A DNA stretch of 64,000 nt, from contig NIVC01000673.1 of NCBI GenBank assembly GCA_002269645.1, positions 248,001-312,000 of the forward strand, in the 5' to 3' direction. This document shows positions 51,571-63,912 of this stretch, piece after piece. This DNA comes from Macrostomum lignano (Eukaryota). The stretch's first letter is position 1; each line of letters starts with the position of its first letter. Under the pieces are notes generated by a model. It did not search any database and was not told the origin of the DNA. It was given only the letters and a program-made list of their open reading frames with translations. The position numbers and the translations under genes were made by a program.

Positions 51571-54500
51571 TCCTATATACTAAAAATGAGTTGTTTGTTT
51601 GTACGCAATCGATTAGAGAAAAAATGGCTGGACCGATTTTCTTCGAACTTGCACTGTTCGATCAGAAATTTTCCTGGGACGGTACATGCATCTTGGCTAA
51701 GAAATTGCTCCATGTTAAAGCGATTAAATATTCGAAAAACATGCTTTTTTGCAAAGGTCAAGCAAACTTTTCGACTTGAAATGCATTGTAAGAATGCTAG
51801 AGAAAAAACTGACTGGTTGAATTCTGATTCTGAAATAGATTACATCATAACTGAATTGTAACTCCGACTTGAATTGCGTCACAGTATTGAAAATGCAGTG
51901 TGGAAGCGTAGCACTGCAGACTTGATTTAGATTGCGCAACAATATTGTTAACTGATACTGACTGACTGAGAAATTGATTATGTAATAACTGCCTCGTGTG
52001 ATTTACTCTATGCTTGGAGTTTTGAAACTTATAATTATAAGTGCTGAATTCATGTTATCAAAACGATGAGAGCTAGCCTAGAGGTAAACAGACTGAACTG
52101 CTAAATGCAGAAACGATGGTTCGAATTTTTAGAGAGTAGAGTTTTTTTAATTAAAGCTTTTTAACGCCAAGAAAACTAAAAAAATCATAAAAGCGTCATG
52201 TAAAAAATCATAGAAGCGTCATGTAAAAAATCGTGGAAGTGTCATGTAAAAAATCGTGGAAGCATCATGTAAAAAGCATAGAAGCGTCATGTAAAAAATC
52301 ATAGAAGCGTCATGTAAACAATCATAGAAGCGTCATGTAAACAATCATAGAAGCGTCATGTAAACAATCATAGAAGCGTCATGTAAAAAATCGTAGAAGC
52401 GTCATGAAAAAATCATTAAAGCGTCATGTAAAAATCATAGAAGAGTCATGTAAAAAATCATAGAAGCATCGTGTAAACAATCATAGAAGCGTCATGTAAA
52501 AAATCGTAAGAGCGTAATATAAAAATCATAGAAGCGTCATTTAAAAAATCATAGAGGCGTCATATAAAAATCAAAAAAACGTCATTTAAAAAATCATAGA
52601 AGCGTCATGTAAACAATCATAGAAGCGTCATGTAAACAATCATAGAAGCGTCATTTAAAAAACCATAGAAGCGTCATGTAAACAATCATGGAAGCGTCAT
52701 GTAAACAATCATAGAAGCGTAATGTAAAAATCATAGTAGCGTCATGTAAAAAATCATAGAAGCGTCATGTAAAAAGCATAGAAGCGTCATGTAAACAATC
52801 ATAGAAGCGTCATGTAAACAATCATAGAAGCGTCATGTAAAAATCATAGAAGAGTCATGTAAAAATCATTGAAGCGTCCTGCAGAAATCGTAGAAGCGTC
52901 ATGAAATAATCATAGAAGCGTCATGTAAAAAATCAAAGAAGCGTCATGTAAAAAATCATAGAAGCGTCATGTAAAAAATCATAGAAGCATCGTGTAAACA
53001 ATCATAGAAGCGTCATGTAAAAAATCATAGAAGCGTCATGTAAAAAATCATAGAAGCGTCATATAAACAATCATAGAAGCGTCATGTAAACAATCATAGA
53101 AGCGTCATATAAAAATCATAGAAGCGTCATTTAAAAAATCATAGAAGCGTCATGTAAACAATCATAGAAGCGTCATGTAAAAATCATAGAAGCGTCATGT
53201 AAAAAATCATAGAAGCGTCATGTAAAAAATCATAGAAGCATCGTGTAAACAATCATAGAAGCGTCATGTAAAAAATCACAGAAGCGTCATGTAAAAAATC
53301 ATAGAAGCGTCATCTAAAACATCATAAAAGCGTCATGTAAAAAATCGTAGAAGCGTCATTTAAAAAATCATAGAAGCGTCATATAAACAATCATAAAAGC
53401 GTCATGTAAACAATCATAGAAGCGTCATATAAAAATCATAGAAGCGTCATTTAAAAAATCATAGAAGCGTCATGTAAACAATCATAGAAGCGTCATGTAA
53501 ACAATCATAGAAGCGTCATGTAAACAATCATAGAAGCGTCATGTAAAAAATCATAGAAGCGTCATGTAAACAATCATGGAAGCGTCATGTAAAAAATTAT
53601 AGAAGCGTCATGCAAACAATCATAGAAGCGTCATGTAAACAATCATAGAAGCTTCATGTAAAAAATCATAGAAGCGTCATGTAAAAAATCATAGAAGCGT
53701 CATCTAAAACATCATAAAAGCGTCATGTAAAAAATCGTAGAAGCGTCATTTAAAAAATCATAGAAGCGTCATATAAACAATCATAGAAGCGTCATGTAAA
53801 CAATCATAGAAGCGCCATGTAAACAATCATAGAAGGGTCATGTAAACAATCATAGAAGCGTCATATAAAAATCATAGAAGCGTCATTTAAAAAATCATAG
53901 AAGCGTCATGTAAACAATCATAGAAGCGTCATGTAAACAATCATAGAAGCGTCATGTAAAAAATCATAGAAGCGTCATGTAAACAATCATGGAAGCGTCA
54001 TGTAAAAATCATAGAAGAGTCATGTAAAAAATCATAGAAGCATCGTGTAAACAATCATAGAAGCGTCATGTAAAAAATCGTAGGAGCGTAATATAAAAAT
54101 CATAGAAGCGTCATTTAAAAAATCATAGAGGCGTCATATAAAAATCAAAAAACGTCATTTAAAAAATCATAGAAGCGTCATGTAAACAATCATAGAAGCG
54201 TCATGTAAACAATCATAGAAGCGTCATGTAAAAAATCATAGAAGCGTCATGTAAACAATCATAGAAGCGTCATGTAAAAAATCATAGAAGCGTCATGTAA
54301 AAATCATAGAAGCGTCATGTAAACAATCATAGAAGCGTCATGTAAAAAATCATAGAAGCGTCATGTAAAAAATCATAGAAGCGTCATCTAAAACATCATA
54401 AAAGCGTCATGTAAAAAATCGTAGAAGCGTCATTTAAAAAATCATAGAAGCGTCATATAAACAATCATAGAAGCGCCATGTAAACAATCATAGAAGCGCC

Positions 54501-55753
54501 ATGTAAAAATCATAGAAGCATCGTGTAAACAATCATAGAAGCGTCATGTAAAAAATCGTAAGAGCGTAATATAAAAATCATAGAAGCGTCATTTAAAAAA
54601 TCATAGAAGCGTCATGTAAACAATCATAGAAGCGTCATGTAAACAATCATAGAAGCGTCATGTTAAAAATCATAGAAGCGTCATGTAAAAAATCATAGAA
54701 GCGTCATGTAAACAATCATAGAAGCGTCATGTAAACAATCATAGAAGCGTCATGTTAAAAATCATATAAGCGTCATGTAAACAATCATCGAAGCGTCATC
54801 TAAAAATCATAGAAGCGTCATGTAAAAAATCATAGAATCGTCATGAAAAAATCATAGAAGCGTCATTTAAAAACTAATGAAAGTGTCATTTAAAAAATTA
54901 AGAAGCATCATAGTAGAATAAAAGAAGCGTCATGTCAGACATGAAAGGTGTCATGGAAAAATTAAATGCAGCTATAATGCTGTGCTGGGGAGAAAAACTG
55001 AGACGTCAAGGCTCTCAGAGAATAACTGAGATTACGGGGGGGGGGGTTTCTGAGATGTCAAAGCAAAAGTCAGAAGCTAATTCAAAGTTCATGTACTTTA
55101 CTCAATTTTTTTTATTGCATTCTTTGTTGGCTCGCCACGGGAGGCGCTGATAGAAGAAGAGTCATGTAAAAAATAAAAGTAGCACTATGTATACATAAAA
55201 GAAAAGTCATGTCGAAGTTAAAAGATTCATTTGGGAATTGCTACGATGTCAAAGCTAGGTGGAAATCGTTATAGTGCTGTGATTCTTAAAGAAGGAATCA
55301 CTAAAATGTCAAGGCTTAGGGGAGAAGAATTGCTGAGATTTCAAGGCTTTATGTTGGGTTAAAGTTAGGTTTAGGTCAGGTGTGGGTTGAGGGTTATATT
55401 TTATCGAGTTTCAAGGTTAGCAGGGGATTTTTCAGATTTCAAGGTTTATGGGCGCCATCGCTGACATGTTAAGGCTTACGGGGGGAATAGCTGAGATGTC
55501 AAGGCTCACGGGGGTATAAATGAGATTTCAAGGCTAAAGTCAGAAGCTACATGTAGTTTATTGAAAACTTTTTATTACATTATTTGATGCCTCCTCAGGG
55601 ATATGTTAAAGCTTGTGGGGGGGGAATTACTGACATGTCAAGGCTTACAAGGTTTGATAGGAGATTTTTTAAGATTTCAAGGATACATGTAGCTTATTAA
55701 AAAAACGTGTATTGCATTTCTTTGGCTCCCCAACGGGGGGCGTAGATTGCTAG
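51571..55753 (+). mobile_element. Non-autonomous Helitron, copy 2, fused head-to-tail to copy 1
   Basis: Starts TCCTATATACTAAAAATGAG immediately after the copy-1 CTAG. 3' hairpin GCTCCCC-AAC-GGGGGGC (55725-55741), CTAG (55750-55753), then T. The pair sits in an A|T target. Confidence 0.8.
52185..54950. repeat. 22/23-bp satellite (CATGTAAAAAATCATAGAAGCGT)n inside Helitron copy 2
   Basis: Direct reading; roughly 120 units. Confidence 0.92.
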
Positions 55754-57374
55754 TCCTAGTTGCTAATTATAAAACTCATTGGTATAACCTCTCTCGCTTA
55801 GTGCAAATTCCATTCCACTTATACTTTCTTTAGATTTTTTCAACTGTAACATGTTCTCGCAATTCTATTATTGCCAAAAACTTGGATTCTCTTCAAATAT
55901 ATTCAAAATAGTCTATTTGAAATTAAAAGGAATGCTCCCCAGAGTTGCAACTGGACTGTTAAAGTTTTATAATTTCTTTCAATTTTCAAACTGCCCTACT
56001 ATTAGTACGGTCTGGTGAAGTATCAAGCCATAGCATATAATTTTTATGAAGGAAATTAAATTTATTCACATTAAATTCATTTAATAATTTTTTGAAAATT
56101 ACAGAGCTTTCGTAATTCATACTGACTAATTTTAAGTTTTTTTTCTCTTTCTCTTTTTCCGACAGACTATTACAACGGACAGTGAGCTAGCTCAATTAAT
56201 CACTCCCAGAGCTCTCCAATGCTTCATCATTTCCGAGAATTGGATGAGGAACCGAGAAGAGACGAGAGAGATTAAAAAGGGGAGGAGGGGCTGAGCTCGA
56301 GCACGAACGTTGGATGCAGAATCCCAGCTTCCATTCCATTCATCATTCCTACATATATGTATTATTTTGCTCCACATCACACGACCCTGAAAATAATGCA
56401 CTTTTTGACTCGAATGTCACTCAGAAAGAAGGGGGCTTTGAGTGGCTCGCATCTTCCTTCGACCGACTGAAGTGTACGAGGTAGGCGTGCTTACTAACCA
56501 CCGCCGAGTCGGCTTAACTTGCGGCACTCCGATAGTGTATCCCAATCGTACTTCACTTAGGATAATCATAAGGTATCAAAAAATTCTAAGAAAGTCGAGC
56601 CTTACTGCGGTTGCCCATGCGCGGATGGAGGAGAGGGAACGGGAGGGCAGATCGATCGGGGACGGGATGGCGGAGGGGGGGGCAGGGAGGAGAGTGTGTG
56701 ACAGAAATAGCAAAGCAGGATAGAGCAGCATAGCCCAGGTCCCGTACATGCATGCGCAGATTACAGCAGCCGGATGAAGGAAGATTCTGGAAGGGACTCT
56801 TCTCTTCCTCGTCTCTTCAGAGGGGACGGGAGCAGAATTGCACTACCGCCTATAGAGCCACCCAAGCTCCTCCCAAGATAGCTCTAGATGATGAAGAATG
56901 TGAGCAAACCTTCCCCCAATGGAGACTTTGCCCCAGAATCCTCACCGATCCCCCATCACGTAATCTCATATGCGCACGCATGCACAGCATAGAGTCTTGA
57001 ATTTGCTTCAGACGTCAGCGAGTGAAACCCCAGATCTGACTGGCGCCCGAGGCCATGCGCCAAGCTTTGTAGGGCTTAAAATAAAAATATTCCATCGGCT
57101 TCCGGTGTCTGTTTTATGGGACCGAGTAAAACACACAAAAATTCAACGCTTTTCTCTCCTCTCTCTCTGAGCTGACTCACATTTCTGCTAACAATTTTTG
57201 CTTTCAATCAATAGGACTTTCCCAACAAGCAGCGATTTTTTTAGAGAAGGATTTCTACACTAGAGATTAACAAGTTTCAAAGTGCCAGAAGGAGTTCGTT
57301 TTAGTTGTTTGAATCAGGGGTCAGCTAACTTTGGCCTCGGGTCCTTTTAAACTTCACAATAGCCATCCTGCCCT

Positions 57375-57770
57375 ATCAAGGTTTGTATCTTTCTCCTCTC
57401 TCTTCTCCCCTTCTAGTCTCTCCCCTCTCCTCTCCTCTCTCCCCTCTCCTTTTCTCTTCTCTCATCTCCTCTCCTCTCCTCTCTCCCCTCTCCTTTTCTC
57501 TTCTCTCCTCTCCTCTCCTCTCCTCTCTCCCCTCTCCTCTCCTCTCTCACCTCTCCTCTCCTCTATCCCCTCTGCTCTCCTCTCTGTCCTCTCCTCTCCT
57601 CTCCTCTCCTCTCTCCCCTCTCCTCTCCTCTCTCACCTCTCCTCTCTCCCCTCTCCTCTCCTCTCCTCTCCTCTCCTCTCTCCCCTCTCCTCTCCTCTCT
57701 CCCCTTTCCTCTCCTCTCCTCTCTCCCCTTTCCTCTCCTCTTCTCCTCCTTTTCATCTCCTTTTACTTCT
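57375..57770. repeat. CT-rich simple repeat
   Basis: Direct reading. Confidence 0.9.
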
Positions 57771-58008
57771 CACATTTTTATTTCTCATTTCTATACGCTC
57801 TTCTTTCCTCTCTCATCTGGCCCAAGGCCATGCGCTGGATTCTTTATCTGGCCTTTTACGTATAAGAGTTTGCCCACCCTGGTTTAAATCTTCGTATCCT
57901 TTAAAGTAAATTAAAGTAAATATTAGTTCCTAAATAGGTTGTTTGTTATTCTTAGTTTGTTAATCTGTTCGTTATTATTCATTATCGATGTATGCTGCAA
58001 ATCGACTA

Positions 58009-58251
<243 letters not shown>

Positions 58252-58274
58252 TTAGTTTGTTTAACTGTACTAAC

Positions 58275-58418
58275 CTGGTAGGACGTCATGAGAATAGCGG
58301 CCATGGAGCAGATTCCGGCAATGCTCTGGGCGGTTGAAGTTTGCAAAAAAATCGGCGGAATCGGCGGCCCCAGCGTGGTGTCGTCCGGTCCAACTGTGAT
58401 GTTGCTTGCGTTCGACAT
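58275..58418 (-). CDS. TMEM184B: TMEM184B-like (OSTalpha/TMEM184 family) coding exon 1
   Basis: ATG at 58418. MSNASNITVG...PIFLQTSTAQSIAGICSMAAILMTSYQ parallels [27 protein letters not shown] of human TMEM184B (recalled). Donor cag|GTTAGT. Confidence 0.9.
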
Positions 58419-59504
58419 GGCTGGATGGTAAAACTTGCTTTTAGTCCAGAAAATTCTAAAAAAACATCATTTTATAACTTGCGGTTAAGCATATAGTGCT
58501 ACAACTGTAGTGTGGCTACTGCAATTAAATTCAGTAAATTAATAAATTATTACATAGATAAGGTTAACTTAAACACATGGAATAATTTCTATTTCATCAA
58601 TAAATACTTTTTAAAATTTTGCATTTTAAATGTAGAAAAAAGTGAATAAATAATACATCAAACTCGATCTGTAGATTCAGTTGATTTTGTTATTGTTGAA
58701 ATTAAAAACAAGTAAATCTTGATTAAAATTTGTAAAAAGTCATCAATAAAACTGTAAAATACATTAAGATTACCTAAAAAGTAATATTTATTAAAAATTA
58801 CTTTCAAACATTTCTACTTTCCTCTTTAGGATAATCATATATCTTCAACAAGAACAGAAGCATGACGTTGTGTAAGTATAAATATCTCATCTAAAAGAGA
58901 CAATAATAGTTCAAGTGTTAGCAAAAATTACCTTTAGTCCCTGTATTTATCTATTCAGGCGAAAGGGTACGAACTGGATGGCTGTGCTCAAGGTGTCGAG
59001 AGCCAAACTTTGTTTTCTTAATCTGATAAATTTTACTTTGTCGCTCTGTAAAAAAAATATCTTTAGAAAACAACAATGACATCAAAAGTAGCTAGTATTT
59101 TTTCTTATTAAAGTTTTGTTGTCTCTAAGTATGTTCACTTTTATCAGCTTTCTAACTTTGTTTTACTGCGCAAATTTTCCGGAGTAGTTTACGACAGAAA
59201 ATGAGCAAAGATGGTTATGAAAAACAAATTTATGTCATGCTACTATCCAATGCTAGCTTTACCAATGGATCTATCAAAACACTATTAAATATGTACAATT
59301 AGATCTAATGACATACTAACGCATGTGCATACGTACATGCTACGTACATTACACGCGGTATGAATAAAATACCATTACCATGAAGTTTGTTATTACGTAC
59401 AAAATTGTTTAGAAAACTTAAAGCGAATTTCCATGATTAAAATAATGCTCGGGAAGCTGATAGTGGACGTCATCCCTATACCTACTACTCGTGCACTATT
59501 TCTT

Positions 59505-59714
59505 TATAATCCATAGAAATAAAGACTTTCCGTGACAATATTTGCGTTCTCCGGGATTTTATTTGGTAATATTCAATAATATCCCGTAAAGTCTTTATGT
59601 CTATGGTTTATACGAGATTACACATGCCTTTTTCGGGAGTTATTTTCATAAATCCCTCGGGCCTCAGGCCCTCGTGATTTATACAAATAACTCCCTCAAA
59701 AGGCATGTTTAATC
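59505..59714. repeat. Two adjacent long imperfect palindromes (possible non-autonomous palindromic DNA element)
   Basis: Arms 59505-59542 and 59575-59612 pair at 32/38. Arms 59616-59663 and 59667-59714 pair at 40/48 around a 3-nt loop. Confidence 0.8.
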
Positions 59715-59942
59715 TGATACATATTTCTTTTTCTTTCGCAAAAAAGCGATAGACTTTTTACCATAGACTAACGTTAAGCGAAAACTCATAGCCTGAATCA
59801 CGCAGGTCGAGTAAACTCGAGAAAACCGGATTAGCAAGAAATTCGCGACACTTGAGCCATTTCGTAGCTACTAAACAGTAACGCTTCATTTTTTTCAGCT
59901 TTAAAGCGCGGGCCTCAATAGCCAGAAAGAAGACAATCAAAC

Positions 59943-60293
59943 ATGAGCCTGGCCCCGCCGTCTGTTATGTTCAGTCAGATCTTGGGCGTCCCTACTCGAA
60001 AACAGCCGGCATCGTCAGATGACTCATCCGCGGCCCGACTTCGTCGTCAGCGCTACTTCCCAGGCCAGCAGACGCCGCAGTCGGCAAAGCGGCTGACCTT
60101 GCAGGCAGCCGCGCTGCCCTACGTTCCAAGTTCGATTCGCTGTCCAGAAGAGCTCAGCCCCATCGACTGCCACCTGGGCCAATCGGTTCCGTTCGCCGAC
60201 ATTCTTCAAAACGTTCGCAACCGGTGCCTGCCGACGGCTGAGCTGGGACGGCGATTCGAAGCTGACCAGGACGAATTCGAATGGCTGGATCAG
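59943..60293 (+). CDS. SUMO-like-domain protein, exon 1 (N-terminal region of unknown family)
   Basis: ATG at 59943, GC-rich ORF of 117 codons up to cag|GTGGGA (weak donor). In phase with exon 2. Confidence 0.65.
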
Positions 60294-60319
60294 GTGGGAC
60301 CTGGTTTTCTGTCAGCCGG

Positions 60320-60353
60320 AGAGACAGACAGACAGACAGACAGACAGGCAGAA

Positions 60354-60404
<51 letters not shown>

Positions 60405-60421
60405 AAGACAGACAGACACTA

Positions 60422-60465
<44 letters not shown>

Positions 60466-60496
60466 GACAGACAGACAGGCAGACAGACAGACAGAC
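60320..60496. repeat. (GACA)n microsatellite filling intron 1 of the SUMO-like gene
   Basis: Direct reading. Confidence 0.95.
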
Positions 60497-60518
60497 ATTT
60501 CCCAACCCACAAACGCAG

Positions 60519-60755
60519 GTCAACAACAGCTCCGGTGAGTCGAGCTCCCGCAAGGTGGCCGCCAAAGAGTCGGCCAAGCGAGATATCGACAACTACTTTT
60601 TTATGTACTTTCGCATCCGCATGGAGAACTACGTGGCGCTGGTCACCGCGCTGAAGCAGAGCTCCAAGGATGAGAGCATCTTCAACGAAGAGAGCATCGA
60701 CAAGTGGACGCACAAGTACAAGTTCAAAATTAGGAGGGCTGCTCCGCTGAAGAAG
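60519..60755 (+). CDS. SUMO-like-domain protein, exon 2
   Basis: cgcAG|GTC..., 79 codons ending THKYKFKIRRAAPLKK|GTGCAG. Strong C/G third-position bias. Confidence 0.75.
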
Positions 60756-61466
60756 GTGCAGGAAATTCATATATAAATCTATTTTGCCCCACACCACTCT
60801 ACCCAAGCCTTACTCTGCCTAAGCCTACTTTAGCCACCCTACTTTAGCCACCTATACAGTATACTCTTTTAGTATTGCATGCTCTTTCCGTCCCGTAAGG
60901 CTGGAGGTTAGTGCCAAGCAACTAGACTGAACTGATTCACGGATGGTCGTTGCCATGACTCCCTACGGTATTCTGACGTCACTGACCTTTTTCTGAAACT
61001 GGGGTTATCACGTGTGTCGCGCGTGGAAAAAATAAAGCAAACTGAGGATTTGGAAGAAATGGGCCATTCAAGGTAGGCAGCAGTAGCCTACACATGAGGT
61101 GTGTGTAGCCGACTCCTGACGTGTACCTCGTAGGTCCCTCGCCGATCATCATTTTGGGGCCCCAGTCTCGTTAGAGTTAAAAATGATGATGCACCCTGGC
61201 AGTCTCCGTGGTCAAACCAAACCAGGGGATGCCAAGCAGGGAGTGTCAAGATAAAAAAGAAGTGGAGAGAAGCTGCACTCAACCCAAAAACCAAATACCC
61301 CAGCGGTTATACTTTACCCACTTTACCCAATTCTACTCTACATAACCCAACTAACCTCTAATCTACACAATCCTACTCTACTATATACCCAACGTAAAGC
61401 TGCTAAACTCACCCCACAACATCTCTACTCTGCCAAAACTTTACCCAAATCTACTCCCCCGCAAAG

Positions 61467-61832
61467 GTTCTGATGGCCTTCTCCAGCAGGATGGGTCTCG
61501 AAGGCGACCCAGACGTGATGTACTGCGCCGACGGATTTTACGGCGACTCATTCACCGGCCGGACGTATAACAAGAATGAGGTGCCCAACAACCGGATCCT
61601 GCCGGCCAACACCAGCCTGGCCACGGGCCTACGCAACGGTTCGAACATCTACGTCAGCCGAATCACCAACGCCGAGAAGAACAACGCCATCGCGCAGCTG
61701 CAGATGGACCTGAGTCGCGGCAATGAACCCTCCGACGAGGAGGGCGACGAAGGTCAATCATCGTCTGCCAGCGGCTCGCCCGGCCAGGCCGGCGCCAACA
61801 AGGACAACCAGCAGAGCGATGACGGAAAGTGA
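61467..61832 (+). CDS. SUMO-like-domain protein, terminal exon 3
   Basis: gcaaAG|GTT CTG ATG. The junction gives YKFKIRRAAPLKKVLMAFSSRMGL, like SUMO/Rad60 hFKIKxTTPLKKLMxAYCxRxG, then NRILPANTSLATGLRNGSNIYV, like GxRIxxxxTPxxLxMEDxDxIxV. Acidic tail, TGA at 61830-61832. Total 317 aa. Confidence 0.75.
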   Translation, partial: VLMAFSSRMGLEGDPDVMYCADGFYGDSFTGRTYNKNEVPNNRILPANTSLATGLRNGSNIYVSRITNAEKNNAIAQLQMDLSRGNEPSDEEGDEGQSSSASGSPGQAGANKDNQQSDDGK

Positions 61833-63912
61833 AACTGAGACTAAGCAGCAGCTTAACAATGAATAGTGCTTGTGCAGCTCATCACTTTTTTTTTTATTGT
61901 ACTTTTCAGCACGCATTTTTTGTTTTTATCGTAACGCGAGCTCCTCCAAGTTGCTTGTCGGTCAGAGACTATAACTCTTTTTAAAGCCAATGTAGATTAT
62001 TCCCCATTCTCAAACCACAGCCAGGTTTTTTGTTCCAGCTTCTTTTTTCTTATTATTAACTGGACTCTTATTTTTGTGCTGAGCACTAGACTTATTTTTT
62101 GTCGACGCACTTCTAAAAGGATTCGATGCGCTTTTCTTGCAGCAAAAAAACGTAACATTTTAGAATGTCGCCATCGGAGAAACGTCAGCAACAAAACAAA
62201 AATAAAAGAAAAAAGTTATGAGAACATCGTTCAGTTTCCTAGTAGAGTAGGTATATAAATATAAATGAAAAACAAAATTGATTTTTTCTTCATTCACACA
62301 CTTGAATTTTCTTAGTACTAAGAAAATGCTTAGAAAATGCCCGAATGCTTACAAGCGTACATGTAATACAAATAGACCTATCGCGACTTTCCTAGTCGTT
62401 TCTTTAGTTCACCTTCACTTGTCTCTGTTTACTCTGTTTTCTCTCTGTCTAGCTCAATCTTGTTATTCTTGTCTCTCTCTCCCTTGCTGCCTTCTGATTG
62501 AGTCAGATTGACTCTTCATTCTCGCCTATCTCTTCAGTCGCGCACTCCACCACACTCCACTCCTCTTCCTTATTATTCTGGGCTCAACCCCCAAATATAA
62601 AATGTTCTATAAATACATCGGTTCGAGCCCTGCGCCCACTTCTGCTTTGTCTTCAATATAACTCATCTAACAGTAAATATAGAATATAGTCTTATTTTCT
62701 CTACAAGACCTTCATTTTATATTACTGCACTAGTGACGAGTAAGGTGTGCCGTCTTATGTATTATTCAAATGAAAATTTCCGTAAAATTATACGTTCGTA
62801 TGCGTATGTGGTTAAAAAGTATGTTTCATTCTTCAGGCAGCCTAACAGTATCGAAGTGATTTACCTGTACTAAGCAAAAAATATAAACAGAATCCCTAAA
62901 AACTAGCTAAAATAAATGTCCTTAAAATACATAATAAAATAAGCAACGAAATAGGCGAAATCCATTAAATAGTTCTTAGTATTTTATTTACTCAAATTAT
63001 TAGTTTTGATATTTTCGTGCGCGGAAATACATCCTAACAAATTATTTTGTAGCGATTTGAGAGCAAGTAATATTTAATTCAAGGATTTAATCGCTTTAAT
63101 GAAAAACAATTTTATTGTTAAAAAAAATTAATTATTAAAAATACAGTGCAGTGTCAATGTCTACTCTTGGTGGCACAGTAATTTTAAATTGTCTTATGTA
63201 AACGAAATTTTTACTAGTCGGGCGCGAGTTGATAATATTGTTGAATAAATTTACGAAAAATGTCGCAAGTAAAGTTGCAGGAAAGCATCGTGTAAGTGTT
63301 TCGATTTTTCTTGAGAAGCCTTTATATATTTTAAAGTAAGCACAAATAAATTATGAAGAGCTTTAAAAATATATGAAAATGTATCTAACAATGCTTTAAG
63401 GTCCATTGTGATTTTGGCTTGCGATTCTCACATAATTAGAAATACAGTAATATCTTACTAAAACAAGATCAAGACTTCAAGGGGAGTTTTTTAATTTTAT
63501 TGCTGAGAAAAAAAACAGTTCTATGTTTATTCTGTCAAGCAATATTTAAAAAACACAAAAAGCTATGCACAGAAAAAAATATTTGGGAATTGGGATAGTG
63601 TTAGTCCTGTTAGTTTTGCTGGCTACAGTATAGTCTTGCTGTTACTATATAAATACTTTAATGCAGGAATATCTATTTAAACTTTAATAAACTTTAGAGA
63701 AGAAATATAAATACTCTATTAGTACTCTTTACTCTTCCTGAAAGTATTCTGTTGTTATGCTTAAACTGGAAACTCATTAAAACCATTTGAATGTAATTTT
63801 TGTTTACAATTTTTTCCTATTCTAAAACTGTTTACCACCAGCAAGTTTGAACAGAAAATTAACAGTTGATTAAAACAAAATTTACAGAAAACATACATAT
63901 ATATTTATTTAT

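Noticed and set aside
56190-57170. Several 66-93-aa ORFs in TMEM184 intron 2
   Set aside because: No recognisable motifs, codon bias or consistent splice structure.
60534-60540. Perfect GTGAGT donor inside exon 2 of the SUMO-like gene
   Set aside because: Using it gives a 16-nt exon that shifts the frame and removes the SUMO-like motif; likely cryptic.
61180-61260. Intronic box C/D snoRNA (ATGATGA motif)
   Set aside because: No downstream D box (CTGA) or terminal stem at a suitable distance.
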